Virus record (IMG/VR): IMGVR_UViG_3300049782_000077
Location: 1 to 36,876 of that record
Source of the DNA: a virus
Lineage: Duplodnaviria; Caudoviricetes
Length of the DNA stretch: 36,876 nucleotides
Direction: 5' to 3' (one strand)
The translations under genes and the position numbers were made by a program. Numbering within the stretch: the stretch's first letter is position 1; each line of letters begins with the position of its first letter. The notes beneath the pieces are model-generated. The model was not told the DNA's origin and searched no databases. It worked only from the letters and a program-made list of their open reading frames with translations. Positions 35,330 through 36,876 of the stretch are shown piece after piece.

Positions 35330-36502
35330 TCAGGTCGCTTCGAGGGATACTTGCCGAATCATTCCGGTGTCGCCGTTGCTGACCACCTCCACGATGTCGC
35401 CGGCCTGGAGGTGTTGAAGGGGGGTGCCGGCGACGGAGATGTAGGAGAACAGCCGCCGGTGCGGAACGACGGCGGGCAAGGTGCGGGGATCGTGGCTGAG
35501 CCGGAAACCGTCCACAATGTCAACGACGAGCGTGCTGTCCCCTCGACGCAGCCGCCGCATGATCGTCGGGCAGTCCTCCAGGGACGCCGCGCGTTTGATC
35601 ATGACGGCGGGGCGGCCGGGGAGGTCCTGGTCGACGACTGCTGTCCCCGCCCAGCTCCCCCACACCAGGGGCGTCTCGTGCCAGTCCGCACCGACCTCGG
35701 TGGGGAGCTGCCTGGTGGGGTCCGGCGGGGGCGCGTCGCTCGGGATGGGCCGTAACTGGACGGCAATCACCGCACCGTCGGCTTCTGCCTGGAAGCCTTC
35801 GAGATCGAAGTCAAAGCCCAGCGCGGCACGGAGCTTGGCAAGGTGCGGATAGAGGGCGAGGACGTCGGCCTCCTGGCTGCTTCCGGAGCGGATGTGCGGG
35901 CCGGACACCTCGGCTCGCCGGGTCACCCGGCCGGCATGCACCTCGGTGAAGGATCGCCGATGCAGGCTCAACGCTTCCACCAGCACCCGCTCCTGATGCA
36001 CGTGGGCATAGAACACGCCGGAGAGCCCGGACCTGTTGATGTACTCCTGGAAGGCCAACGCCCGAGTCCGCGGCGGCGCGTTCGTCACGGCCTCCCGTAC
36101 GAGTCGGACCGCCCTGGCCTGGTCCTGTCCGTCCCAGAAGCGTCGTCGGGAGGAGTACCGCCCTCGCACGCAGTGCGGCGAAAAACTCTCGCCATGCCCT
36201 GAATACTTGATGGCGAACCCGCGCCGCAGACCTGGGGGCAGCCGCTCAACGAGTTCTTGGGCCTCCATGGTGAGGACATCACCGAGAGGTACGACAACAT
36301 CCTCCGGTACCACAAGAGACACAGTCGGCGATGACCTCCTCAGCAGCTCCAGGCCAAGCACCGTCCCTCCATAGGAACGGTAGACGTCGATTAGATCCTC
36401 GTCCGTAACTCCAACCTCAGACAGATATTCTGTAGCGAAGTCACGGCTAGTGGACACGCATCCCTTGTTGGATACTTCCATCCGGCCACGAGCCTCCTTC
36501 AT
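35330..36502 (-). CDS. Divergent PEP-utilizer / dikinase-like protein (ATP-grasp-type domain plus phospho-His swivel-like domain)
   Basis: AIKYS..E....GRYSS, FQEYI...SGVFY, DLEG...VQLRPI; C-terminal RLSH and L.AGDIVEV..NGDTG. Start position uncertain. Confidence 0.6.
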   Translation of the reverse strand: MKEARGRMEVSNKGCVSTSRDFATEYLSEVGVTDEDLIDVYRSYGGTVLGLELLRRSSPTVSLVVPEDVVVPLGDVLTMEAQELVERLPPGLRRGFAIKYSGHGESFSPHCVRGRYSSRRRFWDGQDQARAVRLVREAVTNAPPRTRALAFQEYINRSGLSGVFYAHVHQERVLVEALSLHRRSFTEVHAGRVTRRAEVSGPHIRSGSSQEADVLALYPHLAKLRAALGFDFDLEGFQAEADGAVIAVQLRPIPSDAPPPDPTRQLPTEVGADWHETPLVWGSWAGTAVVDQDLPGRPAVMIKRAASLEDCPTIMRRLRRGDSTLVVDIVDGFRLSHDPRTLPAVVPHRRLFSYISVAGTPLQHLQAGDIVEVVSNGDTGMIRQVSLEAT

Positions 36503-36759
36503 GAGCGACCTTGCGCATGCCGGGACTCAATTATTAGAGCGCGCTACTCCAACTCTCCAGGGCGCATCAGGGCTGTTCCGCTCTCACGGATGACCGGCCC
36601 TCCATGCCCGCGACATATTCACCCTTCGCACGTCCGACCCCATCCTCGAACGCCGAGGTGGGCTTCCGCGGGTATCCGTGCAGTGTCAGCGTCCGGTCTA
36701 AGCCAGGTCGCCGCGAGCCGCTGGCCACCCTCTTGATGTCGGGTGCGCACACAGGCGAC

Positions 36760-36793
36760 CGTGGTCGCCGTCGGCGAACAGGCGGCGACCACG
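36760..36793. terminator. 11-bp inverted repeat
   Basis: CGTGGTCGCCG..CGGCGACCACG, just downstream of the partial minus-strand gene. Confidence 0.5.
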
Positions 36794-36811
36794 ACGTCGA
36801 GAGCTACGGTT

Positions 36812-36874
36812 TCAAGTCAGTCTTTTTCTCCGACCTCCCCGACTGCGGAACTGAACGCCGCTCTCTTCGAGCAC
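36812..36874 (-). CDS. C-terminus of a small actinobacterial HTH protein (partial)
   Basis: VLEESGVQFRSRGGRRKRLT* resembles the L.ESGV.LR.RGG tail of small Streptomyces HTH proteins; runs off the window edge. Confidence 0.45.
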   Translation of the reverse strand: MLEESGVQFRSRGGRRKRLT

Positions 36875-36876
36875 GC

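Noticed and set aside
36567-36752. 61-aa ORF (and a 32-aa alternative-frame ORF near 36490) as the RiPP precursor
   Set aside because: No good RBS spacing and no leader/core pattern; cannot be supported without homolog conservation.

Overview
A high-GC actinobacterial (probably Streptomyces-like, inferred) siphovirus or prophage segment. 1-20327 (+) is a near-complete virion and lysis module: TerL C-terminus, portal, scaffold, capsid, connectors, major tail, frameshifting tail chaperone, tape measure, Dit, minor tail proteins, three paralogous RBP-like genes, holins and a CHAP endolysin. Two opposite-strand membrane-protein morons interrupt it. 20324-29660 (-) is an early operon with an HNH nuclease, a DUF3987-like AAA+ protein, an Lsr2-domain protein, ArdA and many small acidic or Cys-rich proteins, punctuated by a repeated covarying hairpin. 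29660-31100 is non-coding: a ~600-nt densely base-paired leader/ncRNA candidate bracketed by a 16-bp operator-like repeat, then an iteron-like (TGAA)3 cluster. 31098-36876 holds lsr2, an MmyB-type regulator, an exonuclease remnant and an uncharacterised enzymatic cassette (PEP-utilizer-like dikinase, radical SAM/SPASM, methyltransferase, NUDIX). No integrase, att site, tRNA or CRISPR array was recognised. All family calls come from motifs read by eye, not database searches.
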